A stretch of 64,000 bases of DNA from Clostridia bacterium (GTDB lineage: Bacteria; Bacillota; Clostridia; Christensenellales; CAG-314): NCBI GenBank assembly GCA_028698585.1, contig JAQVWG010000006.1, positions 1,117 through 65,116 on the forward strand. The letters are read 5' to 3'. The notes beneath the pieces are model-generated. The model ran no database searches and was not told where the DNA came from. It was given only the letters and a program-made list of their open reading frames with translations. A program made the position numbers and the translations under genes. This document shows, in pieces, positions 1 to 9,752 of this stretch; within the stretch, counting starts at the first letter, position 1, and each line of letters begins with the position of its first letter.

Positions 1-1
1 T

Positions 2-1120
2 CAAATGGTAGCATCTGCCAAGGGCAAAATATCTGCCAATATCTTTTCACCCGTATTCGGCAAAATTGATGGCATCGTCAAGAGAAAGAACAACTCGGGT
101 ATAGTCGGCGATTATATACACATTAAGGCAGACGCCGACCAGAGTGGCCAACCATTCACATTTCCACCTCTTGTCAATCCTACTCGTGAGGATATAATCA
201 AGAGAGTAGAGGACGCTGGTATAGTAGGATTAGGTGGCGCCGGATTCTCATCGGCAGTAAAAATATCTCCCAATAAGCCAGTAGATACTCTGATTATTAA
301 CGCAGCAGAGTGCGAGCCATACCTTAATTGCGACAACAGGCTGATACTAGAACACACTGATCAAGTTGCCGAAGGCATTAAACTGCTCGCTCAAGCGCTC
401 GGAGTTAATAGAGTAATAATAGGGATAGAAGACAACAAGATTGACGCATACCATAAGTTCACAGACTATGGATTCGCAGTTATGTTGCTTAAGACTCGAT
501 ATCCACAGGGCGCCGAAAAGGTATTGATTTACTCATGTACCGGTCGTAGGGTACCCAACAAGGGTGGACTGCCTATGGATGTAGGCGTAGTAGTCAATAA
601 TGTCGCTACTGCATACGCTACGTGGGACGCAATAGCCAACGGAAATCCACTGTATAAGAGGGTGTTGACAGTTTCAGGCAAAGGAATACCCAATGACGAG
701 AATCTATGGGTACTCAACGGCACGTTACATCACGACATTTTTACGTTCTGTGGTGGGATTCAACCAGATACCGTCAAGATAGTGTCAGGTGGACCTATGA
801 TGGGCGTAGCACTAGCGGACGACTCAGGCGCTACTGTCAAGGCAGAGTCTGGACTGTTATGTTTAACGGCTGAGGAACTAGGAGACGCCAACACTACCAA
901 CTGTCTTAACTGTGGTAAATGCGCCGAAGTGTGTCCCATGCACTTGATGCCTATGTATATAGACTTGTACACGTTAGCCGATGACACAGAGAATGCAGTC
1001 AAGTATGGCGCTATGGATTGTTTCGAGTGTGGTTGTTGCGCATACATCTGTCCTGCCAAGCGACACCTACTGCAGAGCATACGCTTGACCAAAAAACGCG
1101 TAAGGGAGGCAAAAAAATAA
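2..1120 (+). CDS. rnfC: Rnf electron-transport complex subunit C, 5' end cut by window edge
   Basis: The ORF is open to the window start. It has a GLGGAGFS nucleotide-binding motif and two ferredoxin-type motifs (CLNCGKCAEVCP and CFECGCCAYICP). rnfDGEAB follow directly. Confidence 0.9.
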   Translation, partial: QMVASAKGKISANIFSPVFGKIDGIVKRKNNSGIVGDYIHIKADADQSGQPFTFPPLVNPTREDIIKRVEDAGIVGLGGAGFSSAVKISPNKPVDTLIINAAECEPYLNCDNRLILEHTDQVAEGIKLLAQALGVNRVIIGIEDNKIDAYHKFTDYGFAVMLLKTRYPQGAEKVLIYSCTGRRVPNKGGLPMDVGVVVNNVATAYATWDAIANGNPLYKRVLTVSGKGIPNDENLWVLNGTLHHDIFTFCGGIQPDTVKIVSGGPMMGVALADDSGATVKAESGLLCLTAEELGDANTTNCLNCGKCAEVCPMHLMPMYIDLYTLADDTENAVKYGAMDCFECGCCAYICPAKRHLLQSIRLTKKRVREAKK

Positions 1121-2139
1121 TGCAGAAACTTAAGTATTCTACATCTCCTCATATTAGGAGTCCGCTGTCAACACGCAGAATAATGATAGATGTGTGCATT
1201 GCTATGCTTCCAGTATGTATTATGGGATGTGTGCTGTTCGGCTGGAATGCTCTATGGATTATAATTACAGCTTCGGTCAGTGCAGTGCTGGCAGAAGTGG
1301 TATATCGTCTAATCGCGAGAGTGCCGTTTAAACAGATAATGCAAGAGTTCGACTTTACCAGTCTAGTAACCGGAATGTTGCTAGGCGTCAATATGCCAGC
1401 ATTTAATTATGCCCAAGGGTGGTATGTGCCTATCCTTGCAAGCATGTTCTCCATAATAATTGCCAAAATGATATTCGGTGGTACAGGACGCAATCTAGTT
1501 AATCCTGCCATTGTCGGCAGAATATTCGCGGTGTTGTCCTTTACTAGAGTAATGACTCAATGGGTTCAACCCAATCTACCTGCGTTCTCCAATGAGATAA
1601 TACCTGCTGGTGCAACGCCATTATCACAGATGCTCTCTCAGTCCAGTTACACAGCCGTACATAGTATGGGTTTGAGCAATCTCGACTTATTCCTAGGCAC
1701 CGGTATTCAGGGTGTCATAGGAGAGACATGTAAAGTAGCCCTTCTACTGGGTGGCATTTACTTAGTAATACGCAGTGTTATCGATATAAGGTTGCCACTA
1801 GTGTACATTGGCATGACGGGATTAGTTACTGTGATTATTAACGGATTCAATTTCTACTATTTCTTGCCCAGCATACTCTCCGGTGGGCTATTCCTTGGCG
1901 CTATATTCATGTCTACCGACTACGTAACTACGCCTAACACTAAGGTAGGTAATTATCTATACTTTGCGCTACTGGGTATATTGACTGCGCTACTACGCAA
2001 GGCAACAGGTATGGAAGTGGTATCATTCGTAATTCTGTTCATGAATCTACTGGTACCGCTGATTGACAAGTTCATTGTTAATAAGCCTTTCGGCACGCAG
2101 AAGAAGGTCAATTCTAACAAGGAGGTGGCCAAGCAATGA
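1120..2139 (+). CDS. rnfD: Rnf complex subunit D (polytopic membrane, FMN-binding)
   Basis: ATG 1120 overlaps the rnfC stop (TAATG), with RBS GGGAGG at 1104-1109. FMSTDYVTTP resembles the RnfD/NqrB flavin-attachment region. The ORF-track start at 1018 is an out-of-frame overlap inside rnfC. Confidence 0.9.
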   Translation: MQKLKYSTSPHIRSPLSTRRIMIDVCIAMLPVCIMGCVLFGWNALWIIITASVSAVLAEVVYRLIARVPFKQIMQEFDFTSLVTGMLLGVNMPAFNYAQGWYVPILASMFSIIIAKMIFGGTGRNLVNPAIVGRIFAVLSFTRVMTQWVQPNLPAFSNEIIPAGATPLSQMLSQSSYTAVHSMGLSNLDLFLGTGIQGVIGETCKVALLLGGIYLVIRSVIDIRLPLVYIGMTGLVTVIINGFNFYYFLPSILSGGLFLGAIFMSTDYVTTPNTKVGNYLYFALLGILTALLRKATGMEVVSFVILFMNLLVPLIDKFIVNKPFGTQKKVNSNKEVAKQ

Positions 2140-2687
2140 ATGACAAAGTAAGAGAATCTATTAAGACCATATGTATTCTGGTTGCCATTACCATTATCTG
2201 CGTCGCACTATTAGCCATTCTTAATGACGTGTTATATGTGGCGCCCGATATGGATTCTTTTGACCGAACCGCTAAATCCAAGAGTGGCTACACCCTAGTA
2301 GAACAGAATGTCAAGATGACCAACGGAATTGTCAAGATGGTTGCTGAGGGCGAGATGCTTAATGGCGAGGCTGTGGTTGGTCTGTACGTTGAGGGAAAGG
2401 GCAGTAGTCCAGCAGGGTCATTCACACTGGTTGTGATTATTCATAAGGCTACTGGAGAGATTCTAGGTGTGCGTAAACTGGTAGACGGTGGTGACGTTGG
2501 ATATGAGTATCTTGATGATAATCTGCGTAGTTTAATGGGAACAGTCATTGACGGCAGTACAGTATTCGACAGTGACAACTTCGTTGTGCAAGCAGGTGCA
2601 ACTTACTCTACTAAGGCATGTCGTAATGCCATGCAGGCTGTTGCAGAGTATTATTATATCAATTACTTACAAGGAGGGCAGGAATAA
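2136..2687 (+). CDS. rnfG: Rnf complex subunit G (FMN-binding domain)
   Basis: ATGA overlap with rnfD. One N-terminal TM helix and a GATYST flavinylation-type motif near the C terminus. Confidence 0.85.
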   Translation: MNDKVRESIKTICILVAITIICVALLAILNDVLYVAPDMDSFDRTAKSKSGYTLVEQNVKMTNGIVKMVAEGEMLNGEAVVGLYVEGKGSSPAGSFTLVVIIHKATGEILGVRKLVDGGDVGYEYLDDNLRSLMGTVIDGSTVFDSDNFVVQAGATYSTKACRNAMQAVAEYYYINYLQGGQE

Positions 2688-3370
2688 TGAAAACCAGAGA
2701 TGTCGCTGTAAATGGTCTTATTAAAGAAAACGCAGTTTTTAGAATGCTGCTGGGCCTGTGCTCTATACTTGCTCTATCCAATAAAGCAATCAATGGATTA
2801 GGTATGGGCGTGGCTGTAACATTCGTTCTGGTATGCAGTAACGTTGTTATTTCGTTGCTCAAGAGAGTTGTGCCTAATAAGGTACGCATACCTTGTTATG
2901 TATTAGTGATTGCCACATTCGTTACTGTAGTGGAATTGTTGATTAAGTACTTATCTGCTAAGAGTTCTGCAATTGCGCAGATAGGTGACGCAATGGGCGT
3001 ATTCTTACCACTTATTGTGGTCAACTGTATAATCCTTGCTAGGGCTGAGGCTTTTGCTAGCAAGAATACCGTTGGCGCTTCTGCAATAGATGGACTGTTC
3101 GTAGGTATGGGTTACACTATCGGGCTGACACTATTAGGCATTGTGCGTGAGTTACTTGGTTCTGGCTCGATATTTGGACTACAGATACTGGGTGGGTTTA
3201 GAATCACATTTTTTTCACAACCAGCGGGCGCATTTATAACCTATGGTTTGTTGATATGCCTTTTCAACATTACCTATGAGAAGATTGAGCAAAACAACGC
3301 CAATCGTAAACGCAAGGCCAGTGTTACACTGTCCAATCAAGTGACAGAGGAGGGCGCAGTCAATGGATAG
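2687..3370 (+). CDS. rnfE: Rnf complex subunit E
   Basis: TAATG overlap with rnfG. Polytopic RnfA/RnfE-family membrane protein (LPLIVVNCIILARAE motif), in the canonical position. Confidence 0.9.
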   Translation: MKTRDVAVNGLIKENAVFRMLLGLCSILALSNKAINGLGMGVAVTFVLVCSNVVISLLKRVVPNKVRIPCYVLVIATFVTVVELLIKYLSAKSSAIAQIGDAMGVFLPLIVVNCIILARAEAFASKNTVGASAIDGLFVGMGYTIGLTLLGIVRELLGSGSIFGLQILGGFRITFFSQPAGAFITYGLLICLFNITYEKIEQNNANRKRKASVTLSNQVTEEGAVNG

Positions 3371-3953
3371 TGCATTCGTCGCTTTACTACTAACAGGCCT
3401 ATTCGTGGGCAACTATGTTGTCGCTAGATTCCTCGGTATGTGTCCTTTCCTAGGGCTGTCCAAAAAAGTCGACTCTGCTGTCGGCATGGGAATAGCTGTT
3501 ACATTTGTTATGGTCGTTGCATCATTGTTAACGTATCCACTCTATCAACTTATGGTCAAGTTGGGTATAGAATACTTGCGAACAATAGTTTTCATTTTTG
3601 TAATTGCATCTATTGTGCAGGTACTCGAAACGGTTATTAAGAAAATCAGCCCTTCGCTGTACAGTGCTATGGGTGTATACCTGCCACTAATTACTACTAA
3701 CTGTGCCGTGTTAGGTGTTGCTACTCTTAATCTAGAATCAGAGCTAGTTACAGGGCTTGCAACAGCATTACTTAATGGTCTATTCAGCGGGCTAGGATTT
3801 ACGCTCGCAATAGTAATATTAGCAGGCATGCGTGAGAAATTAGACAAACAACCACTCAATAAACACCTTAAAGGTTTTCCTATCTCTATGATACTGGCAG
3901 GGTTTATGGCAATGGCCTTTGTCGTTTTTACTTACATTAAATTGGGGGAGTAA
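3363..3953 (+). CDS. rnfA: Rnf complex subunit A
   Basis: Paralogous to the preceding RnfE-like ORF (LPLITTNCAVLG motif). Position fits the rnfCDGEAB order. Confidence 0.9.
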   Translation: MDSAFVALLLTGLFVGNYVVARFLGMCPFLGLSKKVDSAVGMGIAVTFVMVVASLLTYPLYQLMVKLGIEYLRTIVFIFVIASIVQVLETVIKKISPSLYSAMGVYLPLITTNCAVLGVATLNLESELVTGLATALLNGLFSGLGFTLAIVILAGMREKLDKQPLNKHLKGFPISMILAGFMAMAFVVFTYIKLGE

Positions 3954-3956
3954 GCT

Positions 3957-4778
3957 ATGGAAAGTTTAATGTTGTTGATACAGATAAATTGGCGAATAGT
4001 CATAATCAGCATAGGTATTACTGCAGGTGTCGCTCTGCTTATGGGAGTAATCATTATGGTTATTGCCAACGTATTCACCATTAAAGGACAGGACCCACGC
4101 ATAGATGATGTAAAGGAGAACCTCGCTGGTGCCAACTGCGGTGGATGTGGATATGCTGGTTGTTCAGATTTTGCCAAGGCATTGGTAGAGGGCAAGGCAG
4201 AGATAAACGACTGCGGTGCTACTAATAAGGATAACAAGATTAAGATTGCGAGCATCCTCGGTAAACAGTTCTCGGGCGAGGAGATGATTAGCGTTGTTGC
4301 CTGTAATGGTGGTATCAACTGTGCAGACAAGTTCGAATATAAAGGATACTGTGATTGTGCATACGCCAATATGCACTCATCCGGTCCTAAGGCTTGTAAC
4401 AGCGGTTGTATAGGTCTGGGCAACTGTGCGTCTGTCTGCCCAGTCGAGGCTATCAAGATTATTGATGAAGTGGCAGTAGTTGATAGGGACCGCTGTATTG
4501 CATGTGGCTTATGCATTAAGACGTGCCCCAAGAGCATAATCAAGAGTATCCCTAAGTCCGCTCAAGTGATCGTAGCGTGCTGTAATGAATGCAAGGGCAA
4601 AGAGGTAATGGATATATGTAAGGTAGGTTGTATAGCCTGTGGATTGTGCGCAAGGGTATGTCCACACGCTGCAATTCACCTAGAAAACAATCTCCCCATA
4701 ATAGATTACGGCAAGTGTACTGGCTGTGGTCTGTGCGTAGATAAGTGCCCTAAGAACGTTATTCACAAGGTAGGTTAA
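3957..4778 (+). CDS. rnfB: Rnf complex subunit B (N-terminal TM helix plus polyferredoxin)
   Basis: RBS GGGGAG upstream. CGGCGYAGC motif plus several CxxCxxCxxxCP clusters. Confidence 0.9.
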   Translation: MESLMLLIQINWRIVIISIGITAGVALLMGVIIMVIANVFTIKGQDPRIDDVKENLAGANCGGCGYAGCSDFAKALVEGKAEINDCGATNKDNKIKIASILGKQFSGEEMISVVACNGGINCADKFEYKGYCDCAYANMHSSGPKACNSGCIGLGNCASVCPVEAIKIIDEVAVVDRDRCIACGLCIKTCPKSIIKSIPKSAQVIVACCNECKGKEVMDICKVGCIACGLCARVCPHAAIHLENNLPIIDYGKCTGCGLCVDKCPKNVIHKVG

Positions 4779-4959
4779 GTTGCATACAGATATCGCTAAG
4801 GCTATAATTGTAGCTTATTAACGTAATCGTCGCTATAATGAATGAGTAACTTTATTTGTCAGAAACTGTAAAAAGATTGCCAAAATGTGTAAACAATTTT
4901 TTCAAAGGGTATATACAAGACAATAAAACTATGCTACAATAAACTCGGTATCATATCGT

Positions 4960-6513
4960 ATGAAACCAGATTTAGCATATTATAACAAGGATAGATTATC
5001 AATGGAAAGAATAGGTCTAATTGATTTAGGCTCCAATACTGCTCGTTTAACCATATATGATGTGTACGAGGGTGGATACTTCGTCACCGTAGACGAGACC
5101 AAGGAGCAAACTAAACTAGGTGACACCGAAAAAGACGGTAACCTTAAACAAACAAGAGTATTACAAGCAATCAGCACGATTAAGTCCTTCAAGAAGGTAT
5201 GCGCGGTCTATAATGTGGACAAGATTATCCCATTTACTACTGCAGCCGTGCGCAATGCCAAGAATCAGAAGTCGTTCCTCAACGACGTTTTCTCTGCTAC
5301 CGGACTGAGATTTCAAGTACTCAGCGAGGAGGAAGAGACAATGCACGACTATCACGGAGTTATCAACAGCATAGAGGTGCCTAAGGGTGTGATATGTGAG
5401 ATAGGTGGTGGCAGTATTAAACTGGTGCAGTATAATAGGCGCAACGTAATGAACAAGACAGTTCTACCTTTTGGCGCAGTGACACTCGCTGGATTATTCG
5501 TTAAGGATGATGTCAAGCCCGAAGTAGCCTGTCTTCAGATAGAGGAATACGTTAAAGAGAAACTGTCCATGATAGATTGGCTGTCTACGCTAGAACCAGA
5601 CTATCAGTTGGTCGGCGTTGGCGGTTCTATACGTTCATTAGCAAGGATTGTGCGCAAGATAAGGAGATATCCTCTCGAAATGGTGCATAACTACCGTATC
5701 GAGAAAGAAGACTTTGATTATGTCTATAATATGATTAAACCCTTCGATCTAGAAAAAGCAAGCAAAATCAAGGGCTTATCTTCTGCACGCGCTGATGTGT
5801 TCCCTTGTGCCATGGCAGCCCTTAAGGCATTCATCGACTACTGCAGTTTCGGGATAATATGCTGTTGTGGTAGTGGCATTAGAGAAGGTATTATGTATAA
5901 CTATGCACATCCTATAACCATAGAGAAACCCATTGTTGACGTACTGGGTTACTCTATACAGACCAAGATAAGACAGTGGAACATAGACGGCGAGCATGCA
6001 GAGCAAGTATTCGGACTGTGTATTCAGTTGTTCAAGCAACTGCGCGTACTACATAAGTTCCCTCGCGCTTATGTTAGAGTGTTACGCATAGCCAGTATGC
6101 TGTATGAGGCAGGTAGACAGGTCAAGTACTACGATTATCCTCGTCATACATCATACATGCTACTTCGCTCTAATCTTCAGGGCGTATCTCACTCTGACAT
6201 AGTACTGGCTGCATATGTGTGTAATGTGTTCAGTAAAGAGGATTTTAGTTACACCGACTGGAGTAAGTTCAACAGTATGTTAACACCTGAGGATATCGAG
6301 GCAGTTAATAAACTCTCTGTAATGCTTCAACTGGCAGTAGCATTCGACATTTCGCGCAAGAGAGTTATTAAGGAAATCAACTGTGATGTACTCGGCGACT
6401 CAGTGATACTTAAGACGGAGACAGACGGTGATTCTAGTCTGGAGATAAGAGAGGCCAATCGCTACACATTAGATTTCAAAAGAGTGTTCAAGAAGAACCT
6501 AGAGATATTATAA
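4960..6513 (+). CDS. Ppx/GppA-family exopolyphosphatase / pppGpp phosphohydrolase-like protein
   Basis: IDLGSNTARL phosphate-1 motif of the ASKHA fold, a second GGGS motif, and a C-terminal helical HD-like region. An alternative start at ATG 5002 (MERIGLIDLGSN) is possible. Confidence 0.8.
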   Translation: MKPDLAYYNKDRLSMERIGLIDLGSNTARLTIYDVYEGGYFVTVDETKEQTKLGDTEKDGNLKQTRVLQAISTIKSFKKVCAVYNVDKIIPFTTAAVRNAKNQKSFLNDVFSATGLRFQVLSEEEETMHDYHGVINSIEVPKGVICEIGGGSIKLVQYNRRNVMNKTVLPFGAVTLAGLFVKDDVKPEVACLQIEEYVKEKLSMIDWLSTLEPDYQLVGVGGSIRSLARIVRKIRRYPLEMVHNYRIEKEDFDYVYNMIKPFDLEKASKIKGLSSARADVFPCAMAALKAFIDYCSFGIICCCGSGIREGIMYNYAHPITIEKPIVDVLGYSIQTKIRQWNIDGEHAEQVFGLCIQLFKQLRVLHKFPRAYVRVLRIASMLYEAGRQVKYYDYPRHTSYMLLRSNLQGVSHSDIVLAAYVCNVFSKEDFSYTDWSKFNSMLTPEDIEAVNKLSVMLQLAVAFDISRKRVIKEINCDVLGDSVILKTETDGDSSLEIREANRYTLDFKRVFKKNLEIL

Positions 6514-6527
6514 GTATATAACACAAC

Positions 6528-6565
6528 AACCTCTTTTGAATTACAAAAGAGGTTTGCTTTATTTT
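6528..6565 (+). terminator. Rho-independent terminator after the ppx-like gene
   Basis: 10-bp stem AACCTCTTTT / AAAAGAGGTT with a 7-nt loop, followed by the T-rich TGCTTTATTTT. Confidence 0.7.
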
Positions 6566-6598
6566 GACAATAATTGCACTTTGCTGTACTATAGAACG

Positions 6599-7150
6599 AT
6601 GAGTAATAATTTCATACTGGCATCTACCTCTCCGCGCAGGAGACAGTTGCTCAAGAACATCATTGACAACTTCGACGTAATTGCGTCTAATACTGTTGAG
6701 AATACTACCTGCACCAACCCACGAGATATGGTTATCGAGTTGGCGACGCAGAAGGCTTGTGCGGTTGCCAGCCAACACTATGATAGTGTAGTAATAGGCG
6801 CCGACACAATCGTTGTGCTTGACGGCACTGTGCTAGGGAAGCCAAAGACTGCTGAACAAGCATACGATATGCTTATGTCCTTATCTGGTCGAGATCACTT
6901 GGTATATACAGGCGTGTGTATTTGTAATAAGGGTAAGAGCCAAACATTCTATGATGTATCCACTGTATCATTCACTAGGCTGTTGCCGATAGGCGTTAAG
7001 GAGTATATAGCCACAGGCTCTCCCTATGATAAGGCAGGCGGATACGGAGTGCAAGACTGTGGATTCATCAGTAACATCGAAGGCAGTTATTATAATGTAA
7101 TGGGATTGCCCGTTGAGAAGTTGACAGACTACATTGCCAAATATTTATAA
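6599..7150 (+). CDS. maf: Maf-like nucleoside triphosphate pyrophosphatase
   Basis: Begins MSNNFILASTSPRRRQLL, the typical Maf N terminus. The ORF-track start at 6536 would read through the upstream terminator. Confidence 0.85.
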   Translation: MSNNFILASTSPRRRQLLKNIIDNFDVIASNTVENTTCTNPRDMVIELATQKACAVASQHYDSVVIGADTIVVLDGTVLGKPKTAEQAYDMLMSLSGRDHLVYTGVCICNKGKSQTFYDVSTVSFTRLLPIGVKEYIATGSPYDKAGGYGVQDCGFISNIEGSYYNVMGLPVEKLTDYIAKYL

Positions 7151-7160
7151 GAGGTAAACA

Positions 7161-8135
7161 ATGACTCACTATAATATTGTATTAGAATTGGGCTCGCAGT
7201 ATATAAGGGCCGTGAGTATGAAAGACGCATACATTATCAAGGAACCGAATCTTCTTGCACTGGACGAGGAGACTAAGCAGGTCAAAGCCGTTGGTAATAT
7301 GGCGTATAAATTACTTAACAGTAACATGGCTAACGTCGTATTGTTCAGACCTATCAAGAATGGCGTGCCCGTAGACAGTCAGGGAGTTACGCAGATATTG
7401 ACAGACTTGATGGTCAAGATGACAGGGGGGAGACTATTCTCTAACGTCAACGTGTATTGCGTGTTGCCTCTAGGCATGTCTAAGAAGGATAAGTCCACAA
7501 TAGAGAATGTTCTCAATCAAGTAGGCGTAAGACAATCCAAGTTCTTATTAATGCCACTTGCAGACAGTACCAAGGTATTCAACGAGTTCGACACCAACTG
7601 CGGTATTATCTGTAACATAGGTGGGGATACAACTGACATTAGTGCAGTAGTAAATGACAACATTATAGCAGGTTGCACGCTGTTCTATGGAAGCAGACAG
7701 ATAGAAAGGGACATCGTGCAGTTCGTATTAGATAAATATAATGTCAAGATTACAATGCAGGATGCAGAGGAAATTAAGTGTAACTGTGGCAGTCTATATC
7801 CTAACGATAATTCTACATACATAACCAGTGGGGTCAACATACAGAAGGGTACTATTGAGGAGATTAACTTTTCCTCACGAGAGATATATAATACCATAGC
7901 TTCAATCAATGCCAAGTATTGCCAAGTTATCAAGAGCATACTCACGTCAATAGACACACAGACATCAGCCATGTTGCGCAGTGAGGGAGTATTCTTATGC
8001 GGTGGTGGTGCTAAACTGACTGGCATTGACAGATATTTTATCGACGTACTCAAGTTCGGCGCACGCATTGCGAGTAACCCACAGGAAGTAACCATTAAGG
8101 GTGGGCAGATACTGGTCAAACGATTACTCGTTTAG
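7161..8135 (+). CDS. Divergent MreB/Mbl-like actin-family protein
   Basis: Length and order of actin-fold motifs fit: ELGS (phosphate 1), NIGGDTTDISAV (phosphate 2), LCGGGAKL (adenosine). It lies directly after maf, as mreB does in Bacilli. Sequence is strongly diverged. Confidence 0.6.
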   Translation: MTHYNIVLELGSQYIRAVSMKDAYIIKEPNLLALDEETKQVKAVGNMAYKLLNSNMANVVLFRPIKNGVPVDSQGVTQILTDLMVKMTGGRLFSNVNVYCVLPLGMSKKDKSTIENVLNQVGVRQSKFLLMPLADSTKVFNEFDTNCGIICNIGGDTTDISAVVNDNIIAGCTLFYGSRQIERDIVQFVLDKYNVKITMQDAEEIKCNCGSLYPNDNSTYITSGVNIQKGTIEEINFSSREIYNTIASINAKYCQVIKSILTSIDTQTSAMLRSEGVFLCGGGAKLTGIDRYFIDVLKFGARIASNPQEVTIKGGQILVKRLLV

Positions 8136-8180
8136 TATCGTTAATCTCTACACTAACTACATAACAACCAGATATACAAT

Positions 8181-8223
8181 GCAGAAGTGTGACAAGTGAT
8201 TGTTTAACTCTTCTGCTTTTTTT
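8181..8223 (+). terminator. Candidate rho-independent terminator
   Basis: GCAGAAG / CTTCTGC 7-bp stem with a long 22-nt loop, followed by 7 T. Confidence 0.5.
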
Positions 8224-8297
8224 GTCTATTTTTGCATAGTTGGCACTAACAGTGCGAAGGCTAGTATAATATCTGTTATTGGGAGTGTGTAATCACT

Positions 8298-9047
8298 ATG
8301 GCGAGAAAAATACTAGTTATGAACAGCCAACGTTGGGCAGACAACAAGCAGTTGTTATTAGACTTCGGCAGAGCGCTAGCGAGAAAATCTCTTAGGGTTG
8401 TTATAGTTGACTGTAGCAATGCCGAGGTAATGGATATCAATGCACCCTATGGTAGAAGCAGTCTTGATATCGTTGACCATATACTTAACAAATGCAGACT
8501 CAAGCAAACACTTCAACAGGATAAACAACCCTCTCTGTTCATTGCTAGATTGGGTAGTATTGACAGGCTCAAAGCACAAAACTTGTCCAATGAATATATT
8601 GCGACCAGTATCAGTCAGCTTGAAACGATATTCGACTACTGTTTAATAGCCTATGATGACGCCTGTCCTATACCGATAACAGATAATTCTTATGAGTATA
8701 TTCTATTTACTGCATGCACGTGGCAGTCAGTTGAACAGGCACAATCTATCCTTAACGTATTTAGTAAATGTTCATTAATGCAAGGTGTTGTTGCACTGTG
8801 TTCTCATAAGTTGGGGCGCCAAAAGGATATGGATGTGAATGTTTTTTTTGAGCATATACTCGCTGTGCCCCTAGGGACGGTACACCAACTAAGAGGTAGA
8901 CTAGACCAGTTCGCAAGACAAGAGATAGTTGATAATTGCCTTGACATTGTCGCAAGCAATATTCACAACAATACAACAGATATAGTGATTGGGAAAGGCA
9001 ACAGAATGGTAGTTAAGCGATATACCAACAGATATTATTATCAGTAA
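8298..9047 (+). CDS. MinD/ParA-like protein lacking the Walker A motif (probable pseudo-ATPase)
   Basis: Co-linear with MinD as I recall it: RVVIVDC, LDIVDHILNKCRLKQTLQQDK and IFDYCLI resemble the MinD segments around switch I/II. Where the deviant Walker A GKGGxGKT should be, it reads NSQRWADNK. It lies just upstream of spoIVFA/spoIVFB, as minD does in Bacillus. Confidence 0.5.
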   Translation: MARKILVMNSQRWADNKQLLLDFGRALARKSLRVVIVDCSNAEVMDINAPYGRSSLDIVDHILNKCRLKQTLQQDKQPSLFIARLGSIDRLKAQNLSNEYIATSISQLETIFDYCLIAYDDACPIPITDNSYEYILFTACTWQSVEQAQSILNVFSKCSLMQGVVALCSHKLGRQKDMDVNVFFEHILAVPLGTVHQLRGRLDQFARQEIVDNCLDIVASNIHNNTTDIVIGKGNRMVVKRYTNRYYYQ

Positions 9048-9110
9048 CGGGTAGACATAATTAAACAAGCCTTGCCATATAGTAAGATATATAATAATGG
9101 AGGGATTAAT

Positions 9111-9752
9111 ATGCAAAGTAATGTGGGAGTGAATAACTACTCTTGTACTGCCGTAGAAAATGACTGGCTAGACATTACGTACACTCAGCGAAACTATATT
9201 CAAGAGGAACAACAACTCAGTAATTTTAAACGCAAACGCCGACCACTCGAGTTTATCAAGACTAATGCTAAGTACATAGTTGCCATAATGCTACTTGTTG
9301 TTGCAGTAGCGGGTATGTTAATCGTAGGCGTAGAGGGTGATGGCGTGTTCACTACTGCTAAACTGGCATATACTTCTACAATTTTCGATAGTCTTATTGA
9401 GGGCAAAACAAGCAAAACTAAGACTAACACAGTGGTTATGCCTGTCAATATGCAGATAGAGAGTATCTCGGATGACGGTATAGTGACACTCAATGGTGGT
9501 AAAATAGCGACTTGCCTAGTTGCCGGAACAGTCGCTTCAACTACGGAGCACACAGTCACCGTTAAGACAGGTGATAACACGGTAATGATATATGCCAATG
9601 TTAGTGAGGTATTGGTGCAGACTGGTGATACAGTAGCACAATATGGCGTACTGGGTAGATACGAACAGAGTATGACTGTACAGATTGTTTACAATAATCA
9701 GCCTGTTAACCAAGTAATTGGTAGTCTATACTCATTTGAATGGCAAAGTTAA
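9111..9752 (+). CDS. SpoIVFA-like membrane protein with a degenerate LytM/M23-like C-terminal domain
   Basis: RBS GGAGGG at 9099-9104 is 6 nt before ATG 9111. One TM helix (IVAIMLLVVAVAGMLIV). The C-terminal beta-rich segment (VKTGDNTVMIYANVSEVLVQTGDTVAQYGVLG) is typical of the M23 fold. It overlaps the spoIVFB start. Confidence 0.5.
   Translation: MQSNVGVNNYSCTAVENDWLDITYTQRNYIQEEQQLSNFKRKRRPLEFIKTNAKYIVAIMLLVVAVAGMLIVGVEGDGVFTTAKLAYTSTIFDSLIEGKTSKTKTNTVVMPVNMQIESISDDGIVTLNGGKIATCLVAGTVASTTEHTVTVKTGDNTVMIYANVSEVLVQTGDTVAQYGVLGRYEQSMTVQIVYNNQPVNQVIGSLYSFEWQS

Noticed and set aside
1018-1119. Upstream extensions in the ORF track for rnfD (1018), maf (6536), rplU (11485), pgpH (17600), trxA (39226), DUF1295 (41295), dxr (51829) and ylxR (59323).
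   Set aside because: In each case a downstream ATG has a proper RBS or a stop-start overlap and matches the conserved family N terminus. The extensions overlap the preceding gene or a terminator.
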